Assembly (NCBI GenBank): GCA_964583625.1
Contig: CAZOVA010000001.1
Location: 76,465-140,464, forward strand
DNA length: 64,000 nt
Reading direction: 5' to 3'
Source of the DNA: an uncultured Pseudomonadales bacterium
GTDB taxonomy: Bacteria; Patescibacteriota; Microgenomatia; UBA1400; PJMF01
The position numbers and the translations under genes are program-made. Of the stretch, positions 30,249 to 40,024 are shown one piece after another; within the stretch, counting starts at the first letter, position 1; each line of letters starts with the position of its first letter. The notes beneath the pieces were generated by a model. That model saw nothing but the letters and a program-made list of their open reading frames with translations, ran no database searches and was not told the DNA's origin.

Positions 30249-31850
30249 TTATTTTGCTACCGCCTGACTTCTAGTTTCTCTAATAACGGTCACGGTCACT
30301 GTACCTGGATAAGTCAATTTTTCTTTAATTTCATCACGAATTTTACCACTGAGAACGGCCACATCATCATCTTTGGACTTCTCTGGTTCAAGAATGATGC
30401 GCACTTCGCGGCCAGCAGCAATGGCATAAGATTTAGCGACCTCAGGATAAGCATTGGCAATTTCCTCCAGCTTTTGCAATCTCTGAACATATTCATCATA
30501 GTTTTCATATCTAGCTCCTGGTCTTGCTCCAGAAATAGCGTCAGCGATATAAACCGCTACTTGTTCTGGCCCAGAAAAATGGTCGTCTTCATGGTGTTGA
30601 GCGATAGCATCAATCACCCCTTGAGGGAGATTATATTTTTTAGCGATTTTAACGCCCAACTCTACATGACTGCCTTCTACCTCATCAGAGACTTTACCAA
30701 TATCATGAAGTAAACAACCCAATTTAACAATATTAACATTCAGTCCTAATTCATGAGCAATTTTAATACCGATTCTTGTTTCTTCCAAAGTGTGAGCAAT
30801 TAAATTTTGACCATAAGAAAAACGATATTTAAAACGACCTAAAAGCTGCATCAACTCATTAGGTAAATTGTAAATACCCAATTGATGACAAAGATTCTTA
30901 CCTTCCTCAAACATTACTTTATCAATTTCTTTTTTGGTTTTAGCCACAATTTCTTCAATTCTTGCTGGCTGCACACGACCATCCTTAATTAGTTTTTCCA
31001 AAGAAATTTTGGCAATCTCTCGACGAACTGGATCAAAACAAGAAAGTTTGACTTCAGTTGGTGAAGCATCTAAATCGACGTCAACGCCGGTAATTCTTTC
31101 AAAAGCGTGAATATTACGACCGTTTTTACCAATAATTTTGCCTTTGGCGTCTTCACTGGGAAGGGTAACTGTTGACATGGTATATTCTGGCACATAATCA
31201 GTGGCCCCATATTTCATTGCTTCAATCAAAATCTCCTTGACTTTGCTATCAGCTTCCGCTCGGGCCTCTTCTTCCTTTTGATGAATGATTTGCGCCATGT
31301 CTTTAACGGCCCGTTTTTTTGTTTGGTCGATTAAATACTCCTGAGCTTGAGTTTTAGTCATGCCAGCCAATTCTTCCAAACGAGCTAAGACCTTCTTTTT
31401 GGTTTCTTCCACTTGGGTTTGTAAGTCACGCAGTTTCTCTTTTTCTTTTTCTAAGTATTCTTCTTTCTGATCCATTTGGGACAAACGCGCATCAATGCGG
31501 TCTAGCTTCAAAGTGAGGGTCCTTTGTTGCTCCTCTACTTGACGCAAAACGGCCTGCGCTTCTTTTTCTGCCTGACTACGCAAACTCAAAGCTTCAGACT
31601 TAGCTTCGACAATAATTTCTTTGGCCTGAGCTTGTGCCTCTCTTTTGAGGCTTTGTACTTCCAGCAAAGTTTTAGCGTCTGGTTGACTAATTACTGGTTT
31701 TACAGTTTGGGGCAAATGCCCCCTTTTGTCTATTTGTCCAGCTGTCTTTTTTTTGACTGGTGGACTTATTTTTTTGACTCCTGCGGGAGCCTTTACATTA
31801 CTTTTGCCTTTGGAGGCAAAAAGAGTTGATAAATTATTAAAAAATGCCAT
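30249..31850 (-). CDS. rny: Ribonuclease Y
   Basis: Coiled coil, KH domain (KGKIIGKNGRNI), HD domain (LLHDIGK), ADAISGARPGAR. Confidence 0.96.
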   Translation of the reverse strand: MAFFNNLSTLFASKGKSNVKAPAGVKKISPPVKKKTAGQIDKRGHLPQTVKPVISQPDAKTLLEVQSLKREAQAQAKEIIVEAKSEALSLRSQAEKEAQAVLRQVEEQQRTLTLKLDRIDARLSQMDQKEEYLEKEKEKLRDLQTQVEETKKKVLARLEELAGMTKTQAQEYLIDQTKKRAVKDMAQIIHQKEEEARAEADSKVKEILIEAMKYGATDYVPEYTMSTVTLPSEDAKGKIIGKNGRNIHAFERITGVDVDLDASPTEVKLSCFDPVRREIAKISLEKLIKDGRVQPARIEEIVAKTKKEIDKVMFEEGKNLCHQLGIYNLPNELMQLLGRFKYRFSYGQNLIAHTLEETRIGIKIAHELGLNVNIVKLGCLLHDIGKVSDEVEGSHVELGVKIAKKYNLPQGVIDAIAQHHEDDHFSGPEQVAVYIADAISGARPGARYENYDEYVQRLQKLEEIANAYPEVAKSYAIAAGREVRIILEPEKSKDDDVAVLSGKIRDEIKEKLTYPGTVTVTVIRETRSQAVAK

Positions 31851-32036
31851 ATCTCTCCTTATTCTATTTATTTTAGAGAGAAGCTATTTTTTTGATAAGA
31901 AAAAACTTTAGGCTCGAAAAAAATAATGATGAGCCCCAAAGGGAAATGGTTTTACACTAAATTTTTTTAGTAAGTTTAGTAAATAAAAACTCATATTTTC
32001 AAATTAATATCTTAATTAGCTTCTCAGAATAAGTCG

Positions 32037-32065
32037 ATTATAACAAAAAAAGCCCCTTTTGTCAA
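32037..32065 (-). promoter_or_regulatory. Consensus sigma70 promoter of rny
   Basis: Minus strand TTGACA-17-TATAAT with extended TG. Confidence 0.8.
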
Positions 32066-32347
32066 TGTGCCGACTGGTTATTACCAGATAAACGCAGAGT
32101 AAAATAGCTGTCTTTTAAATAAAAGTTACTTTTAGTGATTTAGCGTCGGAGATTTTCAGCTCGCAGTCAATAATCAGATTATTAAAATAATTACTTCTTT
32201 TAAGCTTGAATAAATCAGGTAACAAACTGCTAAAGCCTCCAGAGCAAGACAAAGAATAAAAATTTTGATTTTTTATTATTTGAGAAATGAAAGAAAAATT
32301 CTTAGTCTTTTTCTCTAATCATATGGTATAATAATCGCTTGTTGTTT

Positions 32348-33634
32348 ATGAATCAAGTTAAACAATTCTTCCAAAAAATCATCAATTCTCCAGAACTTAA
32401 ACGCAAAGCTTTATTTACGCTACTGATTTTTATTGTCGCTCGTTTTCTTGCTCAAGTCCCTTTACCCACGATTGACATTGCCCGTTTGCAGATGATTTTT
32501 AGCAATAGCGACTTTCTTAGTTTTCTTAATATTATTTCTGGGGGAACTTTATCCTCTTTTTCCATTGTCGCTATTGGAATCAGTCCTTATATTACCTCTT
32601 CCATTGTGTTTCAGTTGCTAGCGATGATTTGGCCCAAGTTCAAAGAAATGCAAAAAGATGGAGAGAAGGGTAGAGCCAAACTCAATCAATATACCAGATT
32701 GCTATCTTTACCTTTGGCTATTTTCCAATCTTTTTCCATTATTGCTATTTTAAGAAGTCAGAGTTTGCTTTTGAGTAATAACTGGCAAGCAATTATGGTT
32801 TTAATTTTGTTTTTAACGGTTGGTTCCTTTATTATGCTTTGGCTGGGAGAATTAATTACTGCCAAAGGTTTAGGAAATGGTATTTCTATGATTATGTTGC
32901 TGGGTATTTTAGGACAATTGCCGACAACTTTCGCTCAAGGAATTCAATTGTCAAAAACTGGCCAATGGTTTCTGCTTTTGGCAGTCAGTGCTGGTATTGT
33001 TGCTATTGTTGGCATTGTTGTTTTTGTTAATCAAGCGGTACGCAAAGTGCCGATTCATTATGCCAAAAGAATTCAAGGGAACCGACAAATTGGAGGACAA
33101 ACAACTTTTTTCCCGATCAAACTTAATTCTGTTGGCGTTATGCCTATTATTTTTTCTGTCACCTTAATGACTATCCCCGCCGTCATCGGTCGTGCTTTGA
33201 CTAGTTTGGAAAGTCCTTTTTGGCAGAATTTTGGTGAAAAATTACAAGTCCTTTTCTCTCAGAACAATTCTTTTTATATCGTCCTTTATTTTGGCATTGT
33301 TTTTGTTCTTTCATATTTTTCTGCTTTGCTTTTTTTCAATGCTCGAGATATCAGTGAGGAATTAAAAAAATCAGGTGCCTTTATTGCGGGAGTAAGACCT
33401 GGACAACAAACCCAGACTTTTTTTGAAAGAGTGATTAAACGTCTAACATTCGTTGACGGTCTTTTTCTTGGTTCAGTAGCTGTTCTGCCTTTTATTTTGC
33501 AAAAAATTACTGGTTTAAACTCTTTGGCGATTGGCGGGACAAGCCTTTTGATTGCTGTTTCTGTTATTTTAGAAGTTAATAAAATCGTGGATGGTGCCGC
33601 TGTCGGGCAGGATTACGATAAATATTTATCATAA
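32348..33634 (+). CDS. secY: Preprotein translocase SecY
   Basis: GISPYITSSI, WLGELIT.KGLGNGIS, GVMPIIF, GVRPG, GGTSLLI. ATG 32348 (alternative TTG 32339). Confidence 0.96.
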   Translation: MNQVKQFFQKIINSPELKRKALFTLLIFIVARFLAQVPLPTIDIARLQMIFSNSDFLSFLNIISGGTLSSFSIVAIGISPYITSSIVFQLLAMIWPKFKEMQKDGEKGRAKLNQYTRLLSLPLAIFQSFSIIAILRSQSLLLSNNWQAIMVLILFLTVGSFIMLWLGELITAKGLGNGISMIMLLGILGQLPTTFAQGIQLSKTGQWFLLLAVSAGIVAIVGIVVFVNQAVRKVPIHYAKRIQGNRQIGGQTTFFPIKLNSVGVMPIIFSVTLMTIPAVIGRALTSLESPFWQNFGEKLQVLFSQNNSFYIVLYFGIVFVLSYFSALLFFNARDISEELKKSGAFIAGVRPGQQTQTFFERVIKRLTFVDGLFLGSVAVLPFILQKITGLNSLAIGGTSLLIAVSVILEVNKIVDGAAVGQDYDKYLS

Positions 33635-33652
33635 AAAAGGAAAGTAAAAAGC

Positions 33653-34207
33653 ATGAGAATTGTTTTAATTGGAATTCAAGGGGCTGGTAAGTCAACTCAG
33701 GGAAATTTATTGTCTGAAAAAATTAACGTACCCTATCTTTCTTCTGGTCATATTTTTCGACAAATGGCCAAAGCTAAGACTCCCACTGGCAGAATGCTCA
33801 AAGAAACCCTTAATTCTGGTTCTTTAGTTTCTGACGAAATGACGATCAATGTGGTTTTGGAATATCTAGCTAAACCAGAATATGCTAATGGCTATGTTTT
33901 GGACGGCTTTCCTCGGACTCAGGCCCAAGCGGAGGTTTTTAATGGGGGAGTGGATAGAGTGGTTTTTTTGGATGTTTCTGATCGCGAGGCGCTTTGGCGG
34001 ATTTCTGGACGTGTTTCTGATCGCGAAGACGAGACCTTGCAAGCGATTCGCAAAAGAATAGAACTTTTCCATGCTTGGACACAACCAGTTTTAGATTATT
34101 ATGCTGCTCAGAGAAAATTAATCACTATTGACGGAGAACAGACAGTGGAAGAAGTTTTCGCTGATATTTGCCGTCATCTAAACATCAATTTAGAAAATGA
34201 TAAATAA
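33653..34207 (+). CDS. adk: Adenylate kinase (short LID type)
   Basis: GIQGAGKSTQ P-loop, LDGFPRT; follows secY. Confidence 0.92.
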   Translation: MRIVLIGIQGAGKSTQGNLLSEKINVPYLSSGHIFRQMAKAKTPTGRMLKETLNSGSLVSDEMTINVVLEYLAKPEYANGYVLDGFPRTQAQAEVFNGGVDRVVFLDVSDREALWRISGRVSDREDETLQAIRKRIELFHAWTQPVLDYYAAQRKLITIDGEQTVEEVFADICRHLNINLENDK

Positions 34208-34925
34208 ATTCAGCGCCATGCGTGAAGGTGGCGCCAAATTAAATAAGATAAAAAAACAATTAATCGATTTTGCTGTTATTGGTAGAAGTTTTTTAGAAAT
34301 TGAAAATCAAGCTCAAAAGTTAATTAGGGAAGAGGGAGCTGTTCCCAATTTTTCTTTGGTCCCTGGATATAAATGGGCTATTTGTATCAATAAAAATGAG
34401 GGCATTGTTCACGGTATTCCTAATGAAACCATCATCAATGACGGTGATTTAATTTCTATTGATCTAGGTTTACTTTGGCAAGGATGGAACCTTGACACCT
34501 CAATTAGTTTTATCGCTGGCAAAAGTAATAGCCAGCTTGACTATTTTTTACAAATCGGACAAAAAGCCCTCCGTAAAACTATTGCTCTCGCTCAAGCAGG
34601 CAATAGTGTTTACGATTTATCAATGATGATTGAAAAAACTATCCAAAGAGCTGGTTTTTCTCCTAGCTATCAATTAGCTGGTCATTTTATTGGTAAAAAA
34701 CTTCATGAAGATCCATTAATCCCTTGCGTCGGGCGCAAAGTAGATAGAAAAAAACTTCTAAAAGTGGGGGACTCCTTAGCCATCGAAGTAATGTATGCTG
34801 CTGGTGAATGTGATTTAGTTTTAGCTGCTGATGGTTGGACTTATGAAACCGCTGACAAAAGTCTAACAGCTCTATTTGAAGAAACTGTTTTTATCACAGC
34901 AAAGGGACCACAAATTTTAACTTAA
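34197..34925 (+). CDS. map: Methionine aminopeptidase type I
   Basis: VHGIP, IDLG, DTS, GHFIG..LHEDP, AIEVM, FEET. Confidence 0.93.
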   Translation: MINKFSAMREGGAKLNKIKKQLIDFAVIGRSFLEIENQAQKLIREEGAVPNFSLVPGYKWAICINKNEGIVHGIPNETIINDGDLISIDLGLLWQGWNLDTSISFIAGKSNSQLDYFLQIGQKALRKTIALAQAGNSVYDLSMMIEKTIQRAGFSPSYQLAGHFIGKKLHEDPLIPCVGRKVDRKKLLKVGDSLAIEVMYAAGECDLVLAADGWTYETADKSLTALFEETVFITAKGPQILT

Positions 34926-35032
34926 TAAGATTTTATAAAAATTTGTCTAATCAGCGTTTTTCAGTTATTAGGCAAAATAGTTGTCCCAGTTATTGAAGAA
35001 AACTTTAACAGAATTGTCTATCTCTAAAATAA

Positions 35033-38000
35033 TTATCCAAAAAGAGTGCGAACGATTTGTCGTAAATTTCTCTTTTCTTTTTTCCTGTCTTGCCAAAAAA
35101 GATAGCCGAAGCCAGCAAGGGTGCCTAGCCACAAAATCATTCCTCCATAAGCCCAAATTTGAGGCCAATAATAAATTTTAACTAGCCATTGACCTCTGTC
35201 TACAGTCCAAGCATTGGCCCAACCGTTAAAAACCTGTGGTTTTTTAACTATTTTTTCCCCAGTTTCCTGATTGATAAACTTAGCCCGCCAAAGAGGATCA
35301 TAGCTTTGATGAAAAACTAATAAGTTGTTTTCGCTCTGACCAGCAAAAGTTAATTCATAACTAGCACTATTGTTTTTATGATATGCTCCTATCTGCGCCA
35401 CACTACTCACTTTTGCCAAATTTCTCTGTTGAGCGTAGATTTTACCTAGTCTTTGAATATTGACAGGAATAAAAATGAGCTCTGTCAAAGTATTTTCACT
35501 TTTCTGTCCAAAGGAATTAGTTTCAAAATTAAAAAATAATTCTTGGTAATTTTTTTTGTTCTGACTCATGAGATTATAAGTGATATCAAAATCACCTTCT
35601 GGCAAGAGTGTTTCTAAAAATCTTTGACCATTACTATCTTGAATGACGGCCATTTTCCAACTTCTTCCAGCCAAATTTTGTCCCTTCATTCTGAGCAAAT
35701 AATCGCTTCCATTATTAAAGTTTTCTGCCCTTATAGTTAGACAAGCATTACCCATTTTTTCAGCCCGCAACCAAAGTTTAGCTTCATTTTTTGCATTAAG
35801 ATTTTCGACTTCTCCTTCCTGAGAACAATTACCAATTTCCATTTTTTGCTTCAAATCAACTGCCTGTTCAAAACTTCGGTCAATTACTAATTCTAAATTT
35901 TTATTAGCTTCTTCTAAAACAAGAGAGGTGGTTTTTTTTAATGGTTCCAAGTAATTAGGGGTAAAAGTATAAGAAAAGGCGTTTTGGTAATTAATAATAT
36001 AAGAAATTTTCTCTGTTCTTTCTTGCGCATTAATTTTTCGATCATCGACAACAGTGATTTTCTGATTTTTATTTGGTAAAAATTGAAAAACGGCCACTTT
36101 ACTTTCTCCTTGAGCTAGAAAAACCACTTCTTGATTAAATTCCACCATAACTCTTTCAGCGCCCACCGAACTAATATCAATCTCCATATTTTGCAATTGA
36201 GGAATTTCAATTTTTTGTTTTCCATTATTAATATAGGTGCGAGGATAATCTAATAATAAATTCCCTCCCTCAAAACTTAGACGAACGGGAGTAATATAAG
36301 TCTCATTGTCTGCCAAAGCGGGCAGAGTCAGAGTCATGTTTTCCTGAGTAATTTTTTCACCTTTTAGAACTACTGTTTGGTCATGCCAACGGACCAGATC
36401 TTCGTTTTGTTCGGTGGTCAAAAAGGCAAAAGGATAAGTCAAGTCAGCTGTCTTTGAGAGTAAATAATCGCCACTATTTTCATAAAGAAAGTCTCTTTGT
36501 CCAGCAATAATATTTTTATTATTAACCAGTGAATATTTATCTGCTGCTTTGAAAAGAGCAGCTTCAGGATAAAACTGATACAGACTAAGAAAATCTTTTT
36601 GCCAGATCAGTTGACCACCACTAGCGCTTAAAAAGTCCTTTATTTCTTGATATTGCGCTCCTTTACCTTCATTAATAAAAGCACTTTCATCAAGTAAAAA
36701 TAAGCTTAAATTATATTGTTGCAAAACTTGAGAAAAAAGACTTTCGTTTTCTTGATTAAGAGCCAGATTCAACTGTCGATAAACTGTTTCATTAGTATTA
36801 ACCCAACGATCAAATTCTCTATCCAATAAAGCTTGAGGTAAACCGAACCACAGCCAGCCAGCTCCTTGATAACCACTCGTTTGCCAATCATGATAGGTCC
36901 AGCCGCTATAACTGAGCATTGGCAGTTTAACGACTACTTGTTCCTGATTGAGAAAGGTCAAAAAACTATAGAGTTCGTCATATTGTTTTGGAAAAGTGAC
37001 CTTCATTTTGTCACTCATTAAATGACCTGTCAAAGCCGGTAAATGAGCTAGCAATAAAAGCGTTATCGCCAATAGATTGACGGTAGTTGTTATTGTTCTT
37101 TTAGTTTCCCATTTTTTGGTTAATAATTCTTGAATAAAAACTAAGCCATTGGCAAAAAATACTACCAAAGCGAAAAGATAAATAATAGAAAACTTGGTAA
37201 AAGGAAAACGAATAGCTTCTTTTAGCAGAGGGAGTGAGCGAATTAATTGATATAGCCACTTGAGAGGAAAATTAAGATTGATTAAGAAAAAAAGACTTCC
37301 CAGAAAAACAGCCAGCAGAGCCAATGTTTGCCAAGTTTGTTTTTTCCAAGATTTATAAATACCAGCAAAAGCAATAATGACAAAAACATATTGTAAGAAA
37401 AATAAATGCGTTTTCTGATAATAAGAATTCCATTCGTCAAAAAGTGGGACAAATTCTCCTTTTTGCCAGTCTAAATCCTTCCAGTTAAAAAGGAAGTTTT
37501 TTCCTGTCAAAACTTGAGGTAACCAACCATAAGCTTGATTATTCCAAAAAGCCTCAGGAGAAAAATTTTGACTAATTTTTGCTTTACTAACATAATGAGA
37601 ATGAAAAATACTGTAATAAAAATTTGGCAATAACCAATAGCTATTGGCGGCTAAAACTAGAAAAATAAGAATTAAGATAGCTTTGATTTTTTTACGCCAG
37701 CCACCTCTTTTAGCCCAAAGCAGGAAAAACGTGTAAAGAAAAACAAAAGGCAGATACATATAGAAAAGGGTGGCGGTATGCGCGGCCGGCGCTGCCAAAG
37801 TTAAAACCACGAAAAACCAAAAATATTCCTGCAATCTGCCTCTTTCCACCGCTTTTTGCAAAGTGAGAAAAACCCAGGGTAAAGTCGCAAAGTGGACGGC
37901 GAACATTTCTAAAGGAACATAAAATTGTTGCAGAGTAATTAAGTTTAGTAGATAAAAAACTGCCGCCGCCGCTGCTGGCCAGGTAGTAAATTTTGTCTGG

Positions 38001-38362
38001 CGTAAAAAACAGAGAGTGAGAAAATAGTAGACGCCGATTCCACCTGTCACATAACAGATGAAAAAGAAAAGATAGCGATTAAGATTATTAGGAAATATTT
38101 GTAAAAGCCAAACTATTGGCAGTCTGACGATTTCCGCCAAGTGAGCTTGAGAAGCAGGAGCACCTAAACCCTGATGCGGTTGCCAAGCCCCCCAAAAAGT
38201 CCTTTGAAAGTATTGCGTTAAATTAAGTTCTGGCTGAAGAGTATCCCAACCGCTCAAAGTGGTTCCTGGTTTGATATTAATAATAGTGACCCAAAGAGCT
38301 ACTAAAACAATCGTTAGTAAAGGAAGATAAAGTTTAATTTTGGACCACCAAGAAGAGATCAT
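35033..38362 (-). CDS. Large GT-C-fold membrane glycosyltransferase-like protein (AftD/YfhO-like) with extracellular beta domain
   Basis: About 13 N-terminal TMs, RFPFTKF motif, C-terminal LVFHQSYDPLW...NGWANAW plus a terminal TM. Confidence 0.65.
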   Translation of the reverse strand: MISSWWSKIKLYLPLLTIVLVALWVTIINIKPGTTLSGWDTLQPELNLTQYFQRTFWGAWQPHQGLGAPASQAHLAEIVRLPIVWLLQIFPNNLNRYLFFFICYVTGGIGVYYFLTLCFLRQTKFTTWPAAAAAVFYLLNLITLQQFYVPLEMFAVHFATLPWVFLTLQKAVERGRLQEYFWFFVVLTLAAPAAHTATLFYMYLPFVFLYTFFLLWAKRGGWRKKIKAILILIFLVLAANSYWLLPNFYYSIFHSHYVSKAKISQNFSPEAFWNNQAYGWLPQVLTGKNFLFNWKDLDWQKGEFVPLFDEWNSYYQKTHLFFLQYVFVIIAFAGIYKSWKKQTWQTLALLAVFLGSLFFLINLNFPLKWLYQLIRSLPLLKEAIRFPFTKFSIIYLFALVVFFANGLVFIQELLTKKWETKRTITTTVNLLAITLLLLAHLPALTGHLMSDKMKVTFPKQYDELYSFLTFLNQEQVVVKLPMLSYSGWTYHDWQTSGYQGAGWLWFGLPQALLDREFDRWVNTNETVYRQLNLALNQENESLFSQVLQQYNLSLFLLDESAFINEGKGAQYQEIKDFLSASGGQLIWQKDFLSLYQFYPEAALFKAADKYSLVNNKNIIAGQRDFLYENSGDYLLSKTADLTYPFAFLTTEQNEDLVRWHDQTVVLKGEKITQENMTLTLPALADNETYITPVRLSFEGGNLLLDYPRTYINNGKQKIEIPQLQNMEIDISSVGAERVMVEFNQEVVFLAQGESKVAVFQFLPNKNQKITVVDDRKINAQERTEKISYIINYQNAFSYTFTPNYLEPLKKTTSLVLEEANKNLELVIDRSFEQAVDLKQKMEIGNCSQEGEVENLNAKNEAKLWLRAEKMGNACLTIRAENFNNGSDYLLRMKGQNLAGRSWKMAVIQDSNGQRFLETLLPEGDFDITYNLMSQNKKNYQELFFNFETNSFGQKSENTLTELIFIPVNIQRLGKIYAQQRNLAKVSSVAQIGAYHKNNSASYELTFAGQSENNLLVFHQSYDPLWRAKFINQETGEKIVKKPQVFNGWANAWTVDRGQWLVKIYYWPQIWAYGGMILWLGTLAGFGYLFWQDRKKEKRNLRQIVRTLFG

Positions 38363-39957
38363 TTTACCCTCCTCATCAGTAATAACGGTCCATCACCACT
38401 TTGGTATTCAAAAACCTTTTCAAAGCGCGCGCTTTGGAGTAAGTAACTTTGCGCGAGACCAAGATTGGCCAAAGCGCGCGAGGCAGTCACGCCAGTTACT
38501 TGTGGTGAAACAATAAAATAAGCAAAATTATCCAAGTAGCTTTGCAAAACTGCCTCATTGTTAAAGTCAAGATCTCCTGGCACAGAAATAAAGGTAAAAT
38601 TGGGGATTTTTTTCTTGACCGTCAAGTAATGGAGGGTAGAAGCAGAGAGGTGAGGTTGATCTACTTGCAAAAGGACCTGAGATTTTTTGCCTCCAGCTAG
38701 TTTGACTAAATCTTCCAAAAGGAGGTGATTGGCTGAAGCATCTGGCTGCGGATAAGCGACAACAGTGTCACCAGTATTGATAATATCAATCCAGCCCAGA
38801 GGGCCAAAATTGAAAGCTCTTTGATAAGTGGGCAATAAGTGAAAGCTCAAAATAAAATAGAAAATGATCAACCAAGACAAAGCTAAACCACCCAAGAATT
38901 TTTTCCATTTTGCCCCATTCACTATTTCTACTGCCGCCGCCATCATCAAAGGGACCAATAGTGGCAAGTCGTAACGAATGTCTTTATTTGATAACAAGCT
39001 AAAAAAGATATAAATAAAAATCAAATAGGTAGCTAGAAGTTTTTTATATTTATTTTTCTTTTGATAAAAATAACTACCATTGAGAACTAAGAGAATGACG
39101 CCAGGAATAAGTCCAACCTGGAACCCTAAAAACTCCCATAAATAAAACCGCCAATTTTCTATAGACCACAAAACTTGAGGATCATCAATTTCGCCAGTAG
39201 TAGAAATTCTTGCTTGTTCTAAAATTGACTGCCAATTAGCTAGATACCAGGGAACAATCAAAACTAAGACAATAGCTATGAGCAAGAGAACCTGCCGCCA
39301 GACCTTACTCCAAAGTTTGTTTTTATATATTTTGTAAAGAACAAAAATTGCTGGTATAAAAAGAAAGACTAGTCCTGTCCATTTAGTTAAAAACACTCCG
39401 GCAACACTCAAAGCAAGAAAAATTGTTTCTCTTTTTTTGCTTAAAAATTGACTTTGCCACAAAAAATACCAACTCCAAACAACAAAAGCAAGCAAAGGAA
39501 TGTCAAGAAGAAACCAACGGGAATTGGTATAAATTACTGGTGAAAAAAGTAAAAAGGCGGCACTTAAAAGACCGATCCAGCGATTCCCCCACAATTTATT
39601 GCTCAACTTATAAATAGCAGTGGCTGTCAATAAAAGATAGAGAGTAATTAGAATAGCTCCCACTTGAACTTCACGCCCAAAAAACCTCATGCCAATTGCC
39701 ACTTGCCAATGAATGAGGGGAGGGTAGTAACTAGATATCTGCCAAAAACTTTTTTTAACTTTTGCTGGTTGAGCCCATTTATCAACAAATTCCATGCTTA
39801 GACGAGTATGTCCAGCTTGATCCCAAGAAGGAATTTGTCGGTCTAAGCTAATCCAGATAAGATTGACTAAAAGATGCAGACTCAAAAGCAATAAAAAAAG
39901 TCTCTGTGGCCAATCCAGATTGCGCCAAAATTTTATTATCACTCTTAAATTATACAA
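38359..39957 (-). CDS. ArnT/PMT (GT83/GT39-like) membrane glycosyltransferase
   Basis: PSWDQAGH, YYPPL, LLDIPL, LTKW, PWY, NKDIRY; many TMs. TTG start uncertain. Confidence 0.8.
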   Translation of the reverse strand: MYNLRVIIKFWRNLDWPQRLFLLLLSLHLLVNLIWISLDRQIPSWDQAGHTRLSMEFVDKWAQPAKVKKSFWQISSYYPPLIHWQVAIGMRFFGREVQVGAILITLYLLLTATAIYKLSNKLWGNRWIGLLSAAFLLFSPVIYTNSRWFLLDIPLLAFVVWSWYFLWQSQFLSKKRETIFLALSVAGVFLTKWTGLVFLFIPAIFVLYKIYKNKLWSKVWRQVLLLIAIVLVLIVPWYLANWQSILEQARISTTGEIDDPQVLWSIENWRFYLWEFLGFQVGLIPGVILLVLNGSYFYQKKNKYKKLLATYLIFIYIFFSLLSNKDIRYDLPLLVPLMMAAAVEIVNGAKWKKFLGGLALSWLIIFYFILSFHLLPTYQRAFNFGPLGWIDIINTGDTVVAYPQPDASANHLLLEDLVKLAGGKKSQVLLQVDQPHLSASTLHYLTVKKKIPNFTFISVPGDLDFNNEAVLQSYLDNFAYFIVSPQVTGVTASRALANLGLAQSYLLQSARFEKVFEYQSGDGPLLLMRRVK

Positions 39958-39978
39958 ATAAAAAAGTTTTTAAGCAAG

Positions 39979-40005
39979 AAAAACCCTGGACGTAGTCCAG
40001 GGTTT
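39979..40005 (-). terminator. Intrinsic terminator
   Basis: AAACCCTGGAC/GTCCAGGGTTT perfect inverted repeat 20 nt past the stop at 40025. Confidence 0.8.
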
Positions 40006-40024
40006 GATCTTTTGATTTTATTGC

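Noticed and set aside
32066-32326. Possible structural RNA in the rny-secY gap
   Set aside because: Only short palindromes (e.g. CTGGTTATTACCAG); no tmRNA, RNase P or SRP hallmarks recognised.
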